Part shown: positions 1 to 13,570 of the stretch, in pieces | How positions within the stretch are numbered: the first letter of the stretch is position 1 | How the letters are laid out: each line of letters opens with the position of its first letter | Notes under the pieces: model-generated | Told to the model about the DNA's origin: nothing | The model's input: only the letters and a program-made list of their open reading frames with translations | Database searches by the model: none | NCBI RefSeq assembly: GCF_963921235.1 | Contig: NC_086097.1 | Span: forward strand, 19,284,001-19,348,000 | From: Mobula hypostoma | Taxonomy: Eukaryota | Direction of reading: 5' to 3' | Length of the DNA stretch: 64,000 bases | Position numbers and translations under genes: made by a program

Positions 1-629
1 TATTCTTACTCCAGACAGCAATCCCAATCCCCCATTATTCCACGTAACCTATCCTCACTCACTTGCACACTGTGGACAGCTCATTAGTCAGCACGTCCAT
101 GCAATGTGGGAGGGAGTTGAAACAGCCAAAGGAAACTAACACAGTCATATGTAAGGTCCAGAAAGAGAGCAGCTGACCTCAGCATTGATCCTGTCACTGG
201 AACTGTGCACCTCTATAATGTCACCCCTTAGTCTCCAATGTTTCAAGAAATAAAATCCTAATCTGCCCATCTTCTTCCTATAAATCAAGGGCCTCATCCT
301 GGCAATATTCTAATAATATTCTTCTTTGCACTCTTCAGCTTAATGACAGCTATTCTATAACACAGTCACCAAAACGGAGCTCCGTACTCCAGATGTGGCC
401 TCATCACTGTCTTGTCCAACAGCAACCTAATGTTCTAGCTCTGATACTGAATGCCCTGTCTGAAGAATACCGGCATGCTAAACATCTTTTTCACCTCCCT
501 ATCCATCTGTGACTCCACTTTTCCAGAAATGAGGTACTCCTGGGCCCCTCTGCACTACAACACTTCCTGGGGCCATACGTTTAATTCTGATCAACAAAAT
601 TCACAGTGAAAGTACCATCCTGAGCTTGC

Positions 630-1780
630 ATTGAACTTGAGTCTCAATGAGGACAAGACAAAAGAGATAACTGTGGATTTCAGGAAGGTGCAGGCTGACC
701 ACTTCCTACTGCACATCCGTGAAGAGTGTCAGGAACTGAGAAGAAACAAGTGCACATCACAGCTGATCTCACCTAGTTCCTCAACACCACTTCCTTAGTC
801 AAGGAAACACTTGAGCTGTTGAGGAGAATGAAGTGAGCAATGTTTCCCATGCCATTCGTAACCACAGTCTACCAGAGTGCCACCGAGAGTGCCCTGACCA
901 TCCAGTATGGAAATTGCAAAGCATCTGACCACAAGACCCTGCAATGGATTGTGAGGACTGCTGGGAGGATCACCAGTGTCTCTCCCCTTCCCCCCCCCCA
1001 CCCAATCCAGGACATATGTATAACAGAACTGCTGCATTTGCAGAATCCTCGGCATTATTAAGGATCCCGCCCATCCGTCCCACAATCACTTTGACCTACC
1101 GTCAGGCGGAAGGTACCACAGCATAAGAACAAGGACTGTTAGACTGGGTAAAAGCTTCTTCCCCCAGGCTGTGAGACTTCTGAACACCCTGCTACCACCC
1201 AGTATACGTTATTTATGACAGTAATATTGTATAGAACATAGAACATAGAATAATACAGCACAGTACAGGCCCTTTGGCCCACAATGTTGTGCTGACCTTC
1301 AAACCCTGCCTCCTATATAAGCCTCCACCTTAAATTCCTCCATATACCTGTCTAGTAGTCTCTCAAATTTCACTAGTGTATCTGCCTCCACCACTGACAC
1401 AGGCAGTGCATTCCACGCACCAACCACTCTCTGAGTAAAAAACCTTCCTCTAATATCCCCCTTGAACTTCCCACCCCTTACCTTAAAGCCATGTCCTCTT
1501 GTATTGAGCAGCGGTACCCTGGGGAAGAGGCACTGGCTATCCGCTCTATCTATTCCTCTTATTATCTTGTAAATATAGTATATTTAACTATATAATCAGT
1601 ATATTCACTTCATGTCAATGTACTTATTTTATCTGTAAGTATTTTTGTGTTAATATTATTTTATGTGTTGTATGTGATATGTGTGCTGTGTTTTGCACCT
1701 TGCTCCTTGAGGAATATTGTTTTGTTCACTGTGTACATGTATGGTTGAATGACAATAAACTTGAAATTGAACTTGAAACT
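630..1780 (+). mobile_element. Rex1/Babar LINE 3' fragment, interrupted by a CR1 fragment
   Basis: Translates to NLSLNEDKTKEITVDFRK and ESALTIQYGNCKASDHKTLQWIVRTA, the RT C-terminal motifs of Rex1/Babar. Tail gacaataaacttgaaattgaacttgaa. Confidence 0.75.
1231..1572 (-). mobile_element. CR1 (HER1-like) LINE 3' end
   Basis: Starts atagaacatagaacatagaa...acaggccctttggcccacaatg, the reverse complement of the tail of the CR1 ending at about 19522. Confidence 0.85.
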
Positions 1781-2339
1781 GTGTTTTATTGGAGAAGTGT
1801 AGGCAGCCTAAGGTACAGTGACACTGGCTTGGAGAAAGAACGTAAAGTTCATGATCAGTTTTGTTTGCTGGATGGAAATGAGCCACAAACTGAATGTCTG
1901 ATCTGCAAGATTAAAGTCTTTACTCTTTGAAGGTTGTAACACCTAATTGCTAAATATGTTTCAGCCAACCTCAAACCACTTCCAACCAGCATTAAGCCAC
2001 ATAATTAGATGCAAATTGACACTAAGTTATCTATCTCATGCCAACGGGTCATAAGTCAGAGAGAATGTCATTATCGTCATTGGAAGCAAATAGCCTTGTG
2101 TCAGTATAGATTAGCAGTAAATAGCATACACGTGCAGAGAGATTAATGCTAATAAGCTTGGCTCATAAGGCCAACTGGCAAAACACTGCGTGACGGTATG
2201 AGCAGAGATGTTTCACACTTACATTTGGAGAAGGCCACGATGTTGTCTGGTGAATGGATGTCCATGTGAAATGGAGATGGCATGCACAGTGATCACCGGG
2301 GTGAATTGGAAAGTGGAGAATATCATGGAATTGAAACTT

Positions 2340-3545
2340 CATAAAGTCATAGGGGCATAGTGTCCTAAAGCAGGACTTTTGACCCGTCATGTTCATGTAA
2401 GCATAAGTACCCATCTAAACTTTTCCAGCATTTAGCCTGTAGTAATACAGTCAAAGTCATAGAGCACTACAACACAGAAACAGGCCCTTCAACCCATCCA
2501 GTCCATGTTGCCCCATTAGTTCTGTTGACCTGCACCCAAAACATAGCCTCCATACCCCTCCCAGCTACGTACCATAAGACAGTAGAATATTAAAGCAGAA
2601 TTAGGCTATTTGGCCCATCGATTCTGCTCTGCCATTTCATCATGGCTGATCCAATTTTCCTTTCAGCCTCAATCTCCTGCTTTCTCTCCATATCCTTTCA
2701 TGCTCTGACTAATCAATAATCTATCAACCTCTGCCTTAAATGTACATAAAGACTTGACCGCCACAGCTGCCTGTGGCAAAGAATTCCACAGATTCACCGT
2801 GTACCTATCTAAATTTCTTTTAAATATTGAAATTGACCCTGCATCCACCAACTGTGCTGGCAGCTCATTAAACTCTCTCACCACCCTGCATGAAGAAGTT
2901 ACCCCTGATGTTCCCCTTAAACATTTCACGTTTCACCCTTAACCCATGACATCTAGTTCTAGTTGCATCCAACCTCAGTGGAAAAAGCCCTATCTATACC
3001 TCTCGCAATCTTGTATATCTCTATCAAATTTCCCCTCAATCTTCTACAGTCTAGGAAATAAGGTCCTGACCTATATAATCTTTGCTGATTAACTCAGGTC
3101 CTCAAGTCCTGGCAACATCCTTGTAAATTTTCTCTGCACTCTTTCAGTCTCACTTTCATCTTTCCTGTAGATAGGTGACCAGAACTCCAAACTGGCCTCA
3201 CCAACGCCTTATACAATTTCAACATAACATCTCAACTCCTATACTCAGAATTGCAACTTATGAAGGCCAATGTGCCAAAAGCTTTCTTTATGATGTCACC
3301 TTCAAGGAATTATAGATCTGTATTCGCAGATCCCTCTATTCCATCACACTCCTCAGTGCCCTACCGCTCACATGTAAGACCTACTGTGTTTGGTCCTTCC
3401 AAAGTGTAACACTTTACACTTGTCTGTATTAAATTCCATCTGCCATTTTTCAGCCCATTTCACCAGCTGGCCTAGGTCCCACTGTAAGCTTTGATAGTCT
3501 TCCTCGCTGTCCACTACACCCCCAGTCTTGGTGGCATCCCCGTAG
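2340..3545 (-). mobile_element. Nested CR1 LINE 3' fragments
   Basis: Minus-strand peptides such as LPAQLVDAGSISIFKRNLDRY and VNLWNSLPQAAV; several CR1 3' tails. Confidence 0.8.
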
Positions 3546-3705
3546 ACTTCTTCACCTTAGTAAATCAACTGCTATCTGGATACCTTTCAAAATGTGACAG
3601 CTTCTGTTTGCGCTCGAGTTTTAGCTTTGTCTTCATTGGGGAAATGTTTTCCTGTTATTTACCATGAAGAAAGAAAAGATTAGCTTTATATGTCATTTGT
3701 ACATG

Positions 3706-4035
3706 GGTGACAGGGTGGAAATACATCTCTAGCAAAGGTGCTGCTTCCCTCCACTAGCCTGCCGGTCACCCGCGGGCAACGTGTAGTACCTGCTTATTCC
3801 CCCCACCCCAGATCAGGATTACGTAAAGCCATGGGGGCAGGTGGTGAATGGTTGTATGAGCAGCTGGTGCACATCACAAGCCCTGGTTATGTGACCAATG
3901 ATAATGGCCAATCTCGGAAGATAATGGCTGGGGTCACCCTTCTTGTAAAGGCAGTGCCCAGGAGAAGGCCATGGTAAACCACTTCTGTAGAAAAATTTGC
4001 CAAGAACAATCATGGCACATAGTGATGATGATGAC
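3706..4035 (+). mobile_element. SINE-like element with RTE/BovB-related motif and (gat)n tail
   Basis: ggagaaggccatggtaaaccacttc...tttgccaagaac resembles the Bov-A/Sauria-SINE RTE-derived motif (from recall); ends gtgatgatgatga. Confidence 0.45.
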
Positions 4036-4039
4036 GTGC

Positions 4040-4937
4040 ATCGAAACATACAGTCAAATCTGTCATTGCGTCAACGACCAACCAGAAAGGGCCTCCTTTA
4101 TTCCCAGTCTTTGCCTTCTGCAAGTCAGCCAATCTTCCAAACATGCTAGTATCTTACCAGTAATGCCAAGGGCTGTTATCTTGTTGAGCAGCCTCACGTG
4201 TGGCACCTTGTCAAAGGCTTTCTGAAAAAGCAAATAAACAACATTCACTGACTTGTTTTTGTCTATCCTGCTTGTTATTTCCTCAAAGAATTCCAACAAA
4301 TTTCTCAGGCGAGATTTCCCCTTTGGTCTATTTTATCATGTACCTCCAAGTATTCCAAAACCTCATCCATAATAATAGACTCCAACATCTTTCCAACCAC
4401 TTAAAATCAGGATAACTAGCCTATAATTTCCTTTTTTCTGACTCCCTCCCTTCTTATAGAGTGGAGTGACATTTGTAATTTTCCAGTCCTCAGGGACCAT
4501 TCCAGTATCTAGTGATTCTTGACAGTTCATTACTGGTACCTCCACAACCTCCTCAGCTACCTCTTTCAGAACCCTATGGAGTAGTCTATCTGGTCCAGAT
4601 GACTTAACTATATTCAGACTTGTCTACTTCCCTTGCAGCTTCCCCAGACACTCAATTCTGTCCCCTGGCACTCTTGCATTTCTGGCATTCTGCTAGTTTC
4701 TTCCACAGAGAAGACTGACACAAAATACTTATTGAGTTCATCCACCATTTCTCTATCCACCATTACTACCTCTCCAGTGTCATTTTCCATCAGTCTGATA
4801 TCCACTGTTGTCTCTCTTTTACTCTTTATATACTGTATTTGAAAAAAAAACTTATTGTATCCTTTTTTATATTATTGGCCATTTTACCTTCATATTTCAT
4901 CTTTTCTCTCTTTATGGCCTTTTTAGTTGCCTTCTGT
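4040..4937 (-). mobile_element. CR1 LINE ORF2 RT portion (host of the Gypsy insertion; continues at 10491)
   Basis: LEFFEEITSRIDK..FQKAFDKVPH and VPEDWKITNVTPLYKKG. The sequence joins seamlessly to 10495 when the Gypsy element and one TSD copy are removed. Confidence 0.9.
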
Positions 4938-5149
4938 TGTAGGATTTTGTAAATAAAAAGGGCAGAGGCATTTTATGTTTAATAAAAACCATAACTCTTT
5001 TATTGTACTCCAAACACCAAACACAAAGCATGGTAAAAGTACTTTATGTAATTACGTCATCAATCAGACCAGCCTCTTAAAAATGAAACCCCAACACAAT
5101 GTTGGTGACTGTGAATTATGTACATTTCCACTAATTACAATACCCTACA
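4938..5149 (-). repeat. Gypsy 3' LTR (212 bp)
   Basis: Similar to 9736-9900 plus 10444-10490; TG...CA inverted termini. Confidence 0.9.
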
Positions 5150-5805
5150 CAGGTTATCCCCCCCCCCCACCCCTCAGAGTTCACTAAAACCCGCATCATG
5201 AGCCTGCCTGGAGTTCCAACCAGCCGTCTGGCTCGAGTCCTATGTTCCATGGGTGGAGTAACAGCAGGTGCCTCTGGTCATCCAGAGGTGTGTTGACACA
5301 CTCATGGTCATGTCATGATGCCAGGGGCATGATAGCGGAGTACTGCAAACCTTGGTGAGCCAGTTTAAGACGATCTACCGAAATATATTCACGCCTCTTA
5401 TCTATGATACAAGTCTTTTCGCTCCGTTCCAAAACATGGAACGGGCCATCATTAGGGAGCCTAAGGGGATGTTGGTGTACATCAAGGTGGATGAAAACAA
5501 ACGAGGCAGAGCATAGGACACTAGGAGCCCAAGAGTGGTATGCGCTGATGGGGGGGTAGGAATAGGTGAAATGGAATTGAATTTACTGAGGAGGGTGGAG
5601 TGTTGTTGAGAGGCCGACCGGGTGGTCGTGGCATCAGGGATAAAATCACCTGGCACTCGTAGCGGCTGCGCGTACGCCAGCTTAGCTGCGGAAGACTGCA
5701 GGTCCTCTTTGGTGCTGTTCTGAGCCTCAGCAGGACCCATGGGAGACAATCAAGCCAATACTCATCTGTCACGGAAGCCATCAGAGCAGCCTTTAAGGAG
5801 CGTTG

Positions 5806-6628
5806 AAGTCAAGTCAAGTCAAGTCAATTTTATTGCCATTTAACTAGATACATAATATATAACATATATAACTATATACTGTATATAAGAACAAGATAAT
5901 GTTTCTCCAAACTGGGGTATAAAACACAGACACACGATAACTTATGAAGGTAAAGATAAAATCTACAGATGAATCACACATCTGTAAAGTACATTAATAT
6001 TAAATATTGAAAGGTACGGAACAGATTAACCAGTGACACTTCAAATGCAATGTGGCAGCGAGTTCAGAAGCCTAATGGCCTGAGGAAAGAAACTGTTTCC
6101 CATCCTGACTGTTCTTGTTTTCAAGCATCATAGCCTTCTGCCTGATGGTAAAAAGTCAGAGAGGACGCTGGATGGATGGGTGGGATCATTAATAAACTAA
6201 GGGCCCTGCGTACGCAGCGCTCCTGACAAATGTCCCCGATGGATGGTACTGAGAACCCTTTGATCCTCTCGGCTGTCCTCGCAGTCCTTTGTAGGGATTA
6301 CAGGTCCAATGCTTGACTGCTCCCATTCCAGACTGAGATGCAACTTGTCAGGATGGTCTCGATGGTGCTCCTGTAAAATGCAGTTAAGATTTGGGGAGGG
6401 GGAGCCTTGTTTGCCTCAATCTTCTTAGGAATTGGAGGTGCTGTTGTGCCTCCTTGTTCAGGGAGGTGATATTAAGGACCACGTGAGGTCACAAGACCAT
6501 AAGATATTCAGTAGGAGCAGAGGGGCGTATAGGTCATTGGTGACGTGAACTCACAGGAACTTGGTGCACTTAAGGAGCCATGTGTTTGCAGAAGGGGAAT
6601 GGTTCATCTGCACCTTCTGAAGTCCACA
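5806..6628 (-). mobile_element. Rex1/Babar LINE fragment inserted in the Gypsy integrase
   Basis: (aagtc)n tail at the left. 5'-truncated at VDFRR, and splits the integrase motif HPQSN..EWF | QRSLKAALMA. Confidence 0.8.
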
Positions 6629-9600
6629 AACCATTCTCAGAGGTCATTGGACTGTGGGTGATGCATTGTGGTGAGGTTCTGGACCATCACAGCCCAGTGG
6701 TTGGATCTGAATTGGCGGCTGCTGTCAGAGGAAATATCAGATGGGGTGCCAGACCAAGTAACCCAGGTGTTGATGACCACCCAAACCTCAGCTGCAGCCG
6801 TCACTGATGCTGGAGGGACAACCTCTGACCAGCTGGTCGTACGGTCCACGATGGTAAGGAGGTGCGTGAAACTGTGCAGGGGGTTTGGTGGTGAGGGAAG
6901 GGGACCAACAAGGTCTACATTGACACACTCAAACCGTCACTCAGGGACCTCAAAAGGGGCACCTGGACATGTTGGTTAATTTTTGCGTGCTGGCACTCTA
7001 CACAGGCTGCCGTCCAATCGCACACATCCTTTCTGAGGCCATGGCACACAAACTTTAGTGCAACCAATTTCTAGGCCTTCCGGCCAATATGAGAATCCAT
7101 GTATGGAGTCAAACACAGTCCACCTCCAGTTTACGGGCACTGTGAGGTGAGATTAACCAGTTAAGACATCACACAGGAGAGAAACTCCAGTTTCCCCAAA
7201 CTTAATGTCAGCCACCCACAGGCCCATGACTGCTGTTCGATAAGGCTGGATCTCTGGTTCAGTAGTTTGGTTGGCTGCCATGTCGGCATAAACAACCCCT
7301 ATGTGTATGGCCTTAGAGGCTGGCCATGAGAGGCAATCAGCCATGGCTTTATTTTTCCTCTTGATACATTGTATATCAGTTGTGAACTTGGATAACGTAA
7401 GCCAGTTGTCATTGTTGCCGTGCAGACCAAGGGTCTGATACTTTGACCATTTCATGCTCAAGGAGTTTGTGGTCAACAAACACGGCGAAATGGCGACCGT
7501 CTAGAAGAAAGCAAAAATGGCGGACAGCCGGATAAAGACCAAGAAGCTCAAGGTCAAATGTGCTGAACTTCCTTTCGGGGGGATGGAGCTGCCGACTGAA
7601 GAAGGTGAGTGGCTGGCACACTCCTCCGAACAACTGTCTGTGCACAGCACCCACGGCACAGTCCGACCGGTCAGTAGTGATGGCTACAGGTGCGTTGGGG
7701 AGCGGATGCGCCAGTAGTTTCCCATTGGAAAGAGCTTGTTTGGATCATTAAATGCCCTGGTCGTATCTTCTGACCAGTCAAGCAGGTGGTTAGGGGTATC
7801 ACCTTTAAGCACACTATACCAGATAAGCATACATTCAGCAGCTCACAGAGTAAAGTGGTGATAGAAATTCACCATGCCTAAAAACTCCTGTAGGTTTTGG
7901 TAGTGCAGGGTTGGGTGGGGGGAGAATCCATAATAGCAGCTACTTCTGATGGGAGGGGTTTCACACCTTCTGCGGAGATGCGATGGCCGAGAAAGTCAAT
8001 AGTTGACAACACAAACTGGCATTTAGCAAGGTTAATAACCCACCTGCATTGGCTTAAGTGCTCAAAAAGTGTGTGGCGATGGGACACATGTTCAGATTTG
8101 GATGCACTGGTGACAAGTATGTCATCCAGGTAAACAAAAAGAAAATCTATGTCTTTTAATACAGTGTCCATCCACCGTTGGAAGGTCTGAGCTGCATTTT
8201 CAGCCTAAATGGCATACACAGAAACTCAGAGGTCAAATGGGCTGTTTTGGAAATGTCCTCTGAGCACACAGCTACATGATGGTAGCTCCTAACTAGATCG
8301 ACTTTAAAAAATCTTAACTTTCCGGCTAAACGTGGTGAAAAGTCTTGGATGTGTGGAGGAGGTGGCCTTGTTAAGGTGTCGGTAATCACCACATGGGCAG
8401 CATCCACCATCAGACTTAGGGACCATATGGAAAGGCGAAGCCCAGGGGCTATTTGACCGGCATACAATGTCAAGTCTTTCCACATTGGCAAACTCAGCCT
8501 TCGTGGTTGCCAGCTTTTCTGGGCCCAGTCTACACACATGGGCATGGACTGGTGGGCCAGTTGTAGAAATGTGGTGCTCAACCCCATGATTTGTGACTGT
8601 AGTGGAGAACGTGGGCTTGCTGAAGTTTCAGACTTCAACCAACAGTTGAGTAAACTCACATCTGGTGGTGCATACACTTTTCAGAGTCGTTGTGGGAAAC
8701 TTACTTGGGGGGCAGGGAAGCAACCTGAAGTCCTTGACATCCACAAGCCAGCAGTTCCTAAGGTCGATTAGCAGTCCCTAGGCACACAGGAGATCTGCAC
8801 CAAGCAGAGGTCTAACCACTTTAGCCAGGACGAAGTCTCATGTGTAACGTCGCCTACGGAAGCAGAGGGTCATCCCTCGTGTCCTGTAAGTTTGGATCTT
8901 GTTGCCAGCGAGGTTTCATCACACTTTGCCTTCTCATCGATAGGCAATGGCGGCAGCACACTCGCTCGAGCACCCGTGTCACACAGGAAGCATCGCCCTG
9001 AGAGGGTGGCTGTCGTAAACTGTAGACAGCTCTGGCAGCTGGAACACAGTGCTCACAGACCACTGATATACCGATACGGCTAGCACTGAAGATGCAAGGC
9101 AGTCAGTACTTCCAAGCATTCGGACAAAAGCGAATGTGGTAAAAACACAGGCCTGGCATCATCTGTTTCTTAGACATAGGCATCCCTACGTTGACTGGGC
9201 TTATTGAAGTAGAGAAAGGAGGAGGAATTATGCACCTTTGCCTGGCAAGCCTCCCGTAGTCCTTCACGGGTGCATTAGCGAGGGCTATGCGAACTTGCTC
9301 AGGCATTTGCTGCATGAAGTGTTTTTCAAAAGTAAAACAAGGGTGGTGATTTCCCAGGAGATACAGCGTGTGGTCCAATAGCTCCAAAGGCTTACCATTG
9401 CCAAAACTGGGCAAGGACAGCAACTGTTTGGTGCACTCAGACTCTGACAGTCCAAAAGTCTGTAAAAGGTGAGTTTTCAGCGATCGGTATTTATCGTGTT
9501 CAAGTGGGTGTTCTAGTAGACTCACCACTCTCACAGCCATGGAATTGCTGAGCGAAGCTATCACAGAGAAATATTTAGTGTTGTCGGCAGAGATTTCCCA

Positions 9601-9901
9601 AGGCACGAATTGGGCTTCGGCTTGTACAAACTAAGCAACAGCATTTTACTCCCAAAGCTCAGGCAATTTCAAAGTGACTGTGTTGGCCCACATGTTCAAT
9701 AACTCCGAAATGGTCCGAGAGCATTGGGGTCAACATAGGTTTTCACAAATAAAAATGGCAGAAGTGTTTTATGTTTATTAAGAACCAACAGAACACATTT
9801 TTTGTACTCCAAACACTGAACTAAAAGCCTGGTAGAAGTACTTTACATAATTACATCATCACGTCAGTCCAGCCTTTTAAAGTGAACCCCAACTCAACAT
9901 C

Positions 9902-10443
9902 TGTCAGTACCTCCAGCTGAACTCTGTCTTTTTGTGTGTTTCCCCCGAGCCGTCATTCTGTGTTTTTGTATTGCCACGTACTCTTGTTTGTTTTCATGCC
10001 CCATGTGCTCCTGTCTCCCACTCCTGCTCTACTCCGGCCCCTGTATCACTGATTACTCCGCCCCTCACCTGTTTCCCATTATTACCTGTGTTGCTGCTAC
10101 CTGTGTCTCATTGTGCTCCACCTATCATCTGCCTCTCTGTTTATTGCTCAGTGTGTTTCCGCCTGTGTTTTGCCAGATTGTGCCAGTGAGTTTTCCTGAG
10201 CCTTTCCAGTATTCATTTCTAAACTCTGTCCTTCTGAGTATTTACCCTGATTTTGCCTGTTTATCTTGATGGTTCTGGATTTTGACTCTGCCTGATTCTG
10301 ATTTTTGGATTTCTCTGGATTTTTTAATCTCCGCCTGAACTTTGACGCCATCTTTATTGCCCCTCTGGATTTGTTACTCAATAAGTATCACATTCTGCAC
10401 AGAACTTGGTCTGCGATTGAGTCCCTGCTCCAGTGCCCTGACA
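9902..10443 (+). mobile_element. Solo LTR of a different Gypsy-type family, inserted in the 5' LTR
   Basis: tgtcag...ctgaca termini, cacctg-type motifs and an aataag signal near the 3' end. It interrupts the LTR homology. Confidence 0.7.
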
Positions 10444-10490
10444 ATGTTGGTGGTTGTGAATTATGTTTCCACCAGGTATGTTACCCTACA

Positions 10491-11645
10491 CTGTTGGTTT
10501 TTAAAAGCTTCACAATCCTCTACCTTCCCAGCAATTTTTGCTATATCATATGCCTTCTCTTTAGCTTTTATGCTGTCTTTGACTTCCCTTGTCAGCCACT
10601 TTTGCTTCATCCTCTTTTTAGAATTATTCTTCATCTTTGGAATATATCTTCCGAATCTCCCCCAGAAACACCAGCTATTGCTGTTTTTGCCATCATTCCT
10701 GCTGGTGTCCTTTCCAATCAGCTTTGGCCTGCTTCTCTTTCATGCCTCTGTAATTCTCTTTACTCCACTCTAGTACTGATTTTAGCTTCTCCTTCTCAAA
10801 CTACAGAGTAAATTCTATTATATTATGATCTCTGCCTCCTAAGGGTGCCTTTATCTGAAGCTTCCTAATCAAATCTGGGTCATTACATAACACCTAATGC
10901 AGAATTCCCATTCTCCTAGTGGGCTATACCATAATCTCCTCTAAAAAGCCATCTCATAGCATTCTACAAATTCCTTCTATTTGGATCTAGCACCAACCTG
11001 ATTTTCCCAATCTACCTGCATAATGAACCCCCCCCCCCATAACAATCAACACATTGCCCTTTTCATATGCCTTTTCTATCTCCTGTTTTAATTTGTATCC
11101 CTCAATCTTGCTACAGTTTGGATGTCAGAATATAACTCCCATCAGGATCTTTGTACCCTTGCAGTTTCTTAACTCTACCCACAAGGATTCCACATCTTCC
11201 AATCCAATGTCACTACTTTCCAAGGATTTGATTTCATATTTTACCAAAAGAGCCACCCCACCCTATCTGCTTATCTCTCTGTCCTTTCGATACAATGTGT
11301 ATCCTTAGATGTTAAGCTCCCAGCTATAATATTCTTTCAGCCACAGCTCAGTGATGCCCACAACATCTTATCTACCAATCTGTAACTGTGCTAAAATATC
11401 ATCTACCTTATTCTGTATACTGCGTGCAATTAAGTTTATCGCCTTCAATCCTGTCTTCATCACCCTTTTTGATTTTGGATTATTACACTTCAACTCATCC
11501 CACTGACTGCAATTTATCCCTATCATCTGCCTGTCCTTCCTCACAGTCTCACTACCTCTGTAAAAGTAGTTTAAACCCTTCCCAACAGCTCCAGCAAACC
11601 AGTCCAAAGGATATTGGTCCCCCTCAGGTTCAGGTACAACCCGTA
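10491..11645 (-). mobile_element. CR1 LINE ORF2 N-terminal (APE endonuclease) portion
   Basis: NLIARSIQNKVDD..QLQIG endonuclease start; continuation of 4040-4937. Confidence 0.85.
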
Positions 11646-11654
11646 CAGATTATG

Positions 11655-12080
11655 TGTAAGACCATAGATATGTGGAGCAGAAATAGGCCATTTGGCCCAT
11701 CTGGTCTGCTCTGCCATTTCATCATGGCAGATCCAATTTTCCTCTCAGCCGCAGTCTCCTGCCTTCTCCCCGTATCACTTCATGCCCTGACCAGTCAAGA
11801 ATCTATCAACCTCTGCTTTAAACGTACATAAGAACTTGGCCTCCACAGCTGCCTGTGGCAACTCTCTGCTTAAAGAAATTTCTCCCCATCTCCGTTCTAA
11901 AAGGACACCCCTCTATTCTGAAGGCTGTGTCCTCTGGCCTTAGACTCTCCACCACATGAAACATCCTCTCCACATTCAAGCTATCAAGGCCTTTCACCAT
12001 TCGATATGTTTCAATGAGGTCACCCCTCATTCTTCTGAATTCTAGTAAATAAAGGCCCAGATCCAACAAACGCTCATTTG
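11655..12080 (-). mobile_element. CR1 LINE 3' fragment
   Basis: LGLYLLEFRRMRGDLIETYRMVKG plus a CR1 tail. Confidence 0.85.
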
Positions 12081-12369
12081 CAGTATACGGCCCTCACAAG
12101 CAACCACGAAACAAAGAAACAATAACAGTTGCTTATTCCCTTCATCCCTTGAATCCCTCTCATTCCAACCTATACCTAGCCCATAAGCCTAGGAGTTCCA
12201 AAGATTTGCAGGTTTTAGTAAGAATGGGATGGATGAAGGAAGGATGGAATCAAAAAGTAGAGCATCCTTATCCTCGCTCTCCTCGAAAAGGCTGACTAAG
12301 TTTGGGGTCCATAGATCACTCCAAGTTGCACACAAGTTGATAGGATGGTTAAGAAGATGTACAGTGTGT

Positions 12370-12950
12370 TGTCTCTGTTCTCTCTGCACTCATTGTGTAG
12401 CTAGGCACAACTCAAAAGCCATTTATAAATTTGCTGATGACACCACTGTTGTCAAACATGGTGATTTGCAACCACGACCTTGAACTCAACATCAGCAAGA
12501 CCAAGGAACTGATTGTGGACTTCAGGAAGGAGAAGTTAGGAGATCACACACCAGTCCTCATTGAGGAGTCAGCAGTGGAAAGGTGATCTGTTTCAAGATC
12601 CTGGCAGCATGCTGACACAAACCTTCTCAGCATTGAGGACATCTTCAGAAAACAATGCCCCAAAAAGCAGCATCCATCATTATCTGAGAATCCCCTCTTC
12701 TCGTTACTACCATTGAGGAAGAGGTGCAGAGCCTAAAGACCCACAGTCAGCATTTTAGGAACAGCTTCTTCCCTTCTGCTATCAGAATTCTGAATGTTCC
12801 TTGACCCCATGAGCACTACCTCATTATTCCTCTTTTGCACTAATTATATATTTTTCATTTTTATTGTAACTTTTAGTATTTTTCAATGTCTTGCACTGTA
12901 CTGTTGCCAAAAAACAACAAATTTCAACAAAATTCTGATTGTGATTCTGC
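12370..12950 (+). mobile_element. Rex1/Babar LINE fragment with internal deletions
   Basis: THCVARHNSKAIYKFADDTTVV and LNISKTKELIVDFRK; ctgattgtgattctg tail. Confidence 0.8.
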
Positions 12951-13570
12951 ACGAGTTGATAGGGTGATTGAGAAGGCTTCTGGTCTCTTGACCATCATTA
13001 GTCAGGGGAGTGAGTTCAAGAGCCACGAGGTAATGTTGCAGCTCTGTAAAACTCTAATTAGACCACATTTGGAGTATTATGTTCTGTTCAGGTCACCTCA
13101 TCATAGGAAGGATGTGGAAGCTTTAGAGAGTGTTTTAAGAGATTTACTGGAATGCTGCCAGGGTTAGATAGCGTGTTTTAGGAGGGTATGTAGAGCGAGC
13201 TAAGGCTTTTCTTTTCTGAGGATGAGAGATATCTTGACAGTGATGTATAAGGCACAGACAGATTGAAAAGCCAGTGCCTTTTTCCCATGCTAGTACAGGC
13301 ATAATTTTAACGTGATTAGAGGAAAGGACAAGACACGCCAATGGCAGATGTAGGTTTTTTTTTACAGAGAATCGTGGGCGCATGGTGCACGGTACCAGGG
13401 GTGGTGGAGAGGCAGAGATATTAGGGATGTGTAATAGATTCTTAGATAAGAACACGGAGAAAAGAAAAAAAGAGGGCTATGGGAGAGAGAAGTGTTAAAT
13501 TGAACTTGGAGTAGGTTAAAAGATCATGGGGTGCAGGACCTGTTCTGTGCTGTATGGTTCTATGTTCTAG
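12950..13570 (+). mobile_element. CR1 LINE 3' fragment
   Basis: VMLQLCKTLIRPHLEY; tail ttctatgttcta. Confidence 0.85.

Larger units (their letters stand above)
4938..10490 (-). mobile_element. Full-length decayed Ty3/Gypsy LTR retrotransposon
   Basis: Outer termini TGTAGG...CCTACA and TSD ctgt (4934-4937, 10491-10494). Minus-strand order: gag (VTLKLPELW..FVQAEAQF; CFYHIRF), RT (NSPWASPFHMVPK; FVYLDDILV), RNase H (PLTFFSRQL..FDLELL), integrase (HPQSN). G-run PPT next to the 3' LTR; tgttgacccc PBS-like site near 9725. Confidence 0.92.

Noticed and set aside
5793..6578. ttaaggagc direct repeat as the TSD of the Rex insertion
   Set aside because: Rex coding sequence (VDFRR) continues to about 6628, beyond the second copy, so the match is coincidental.
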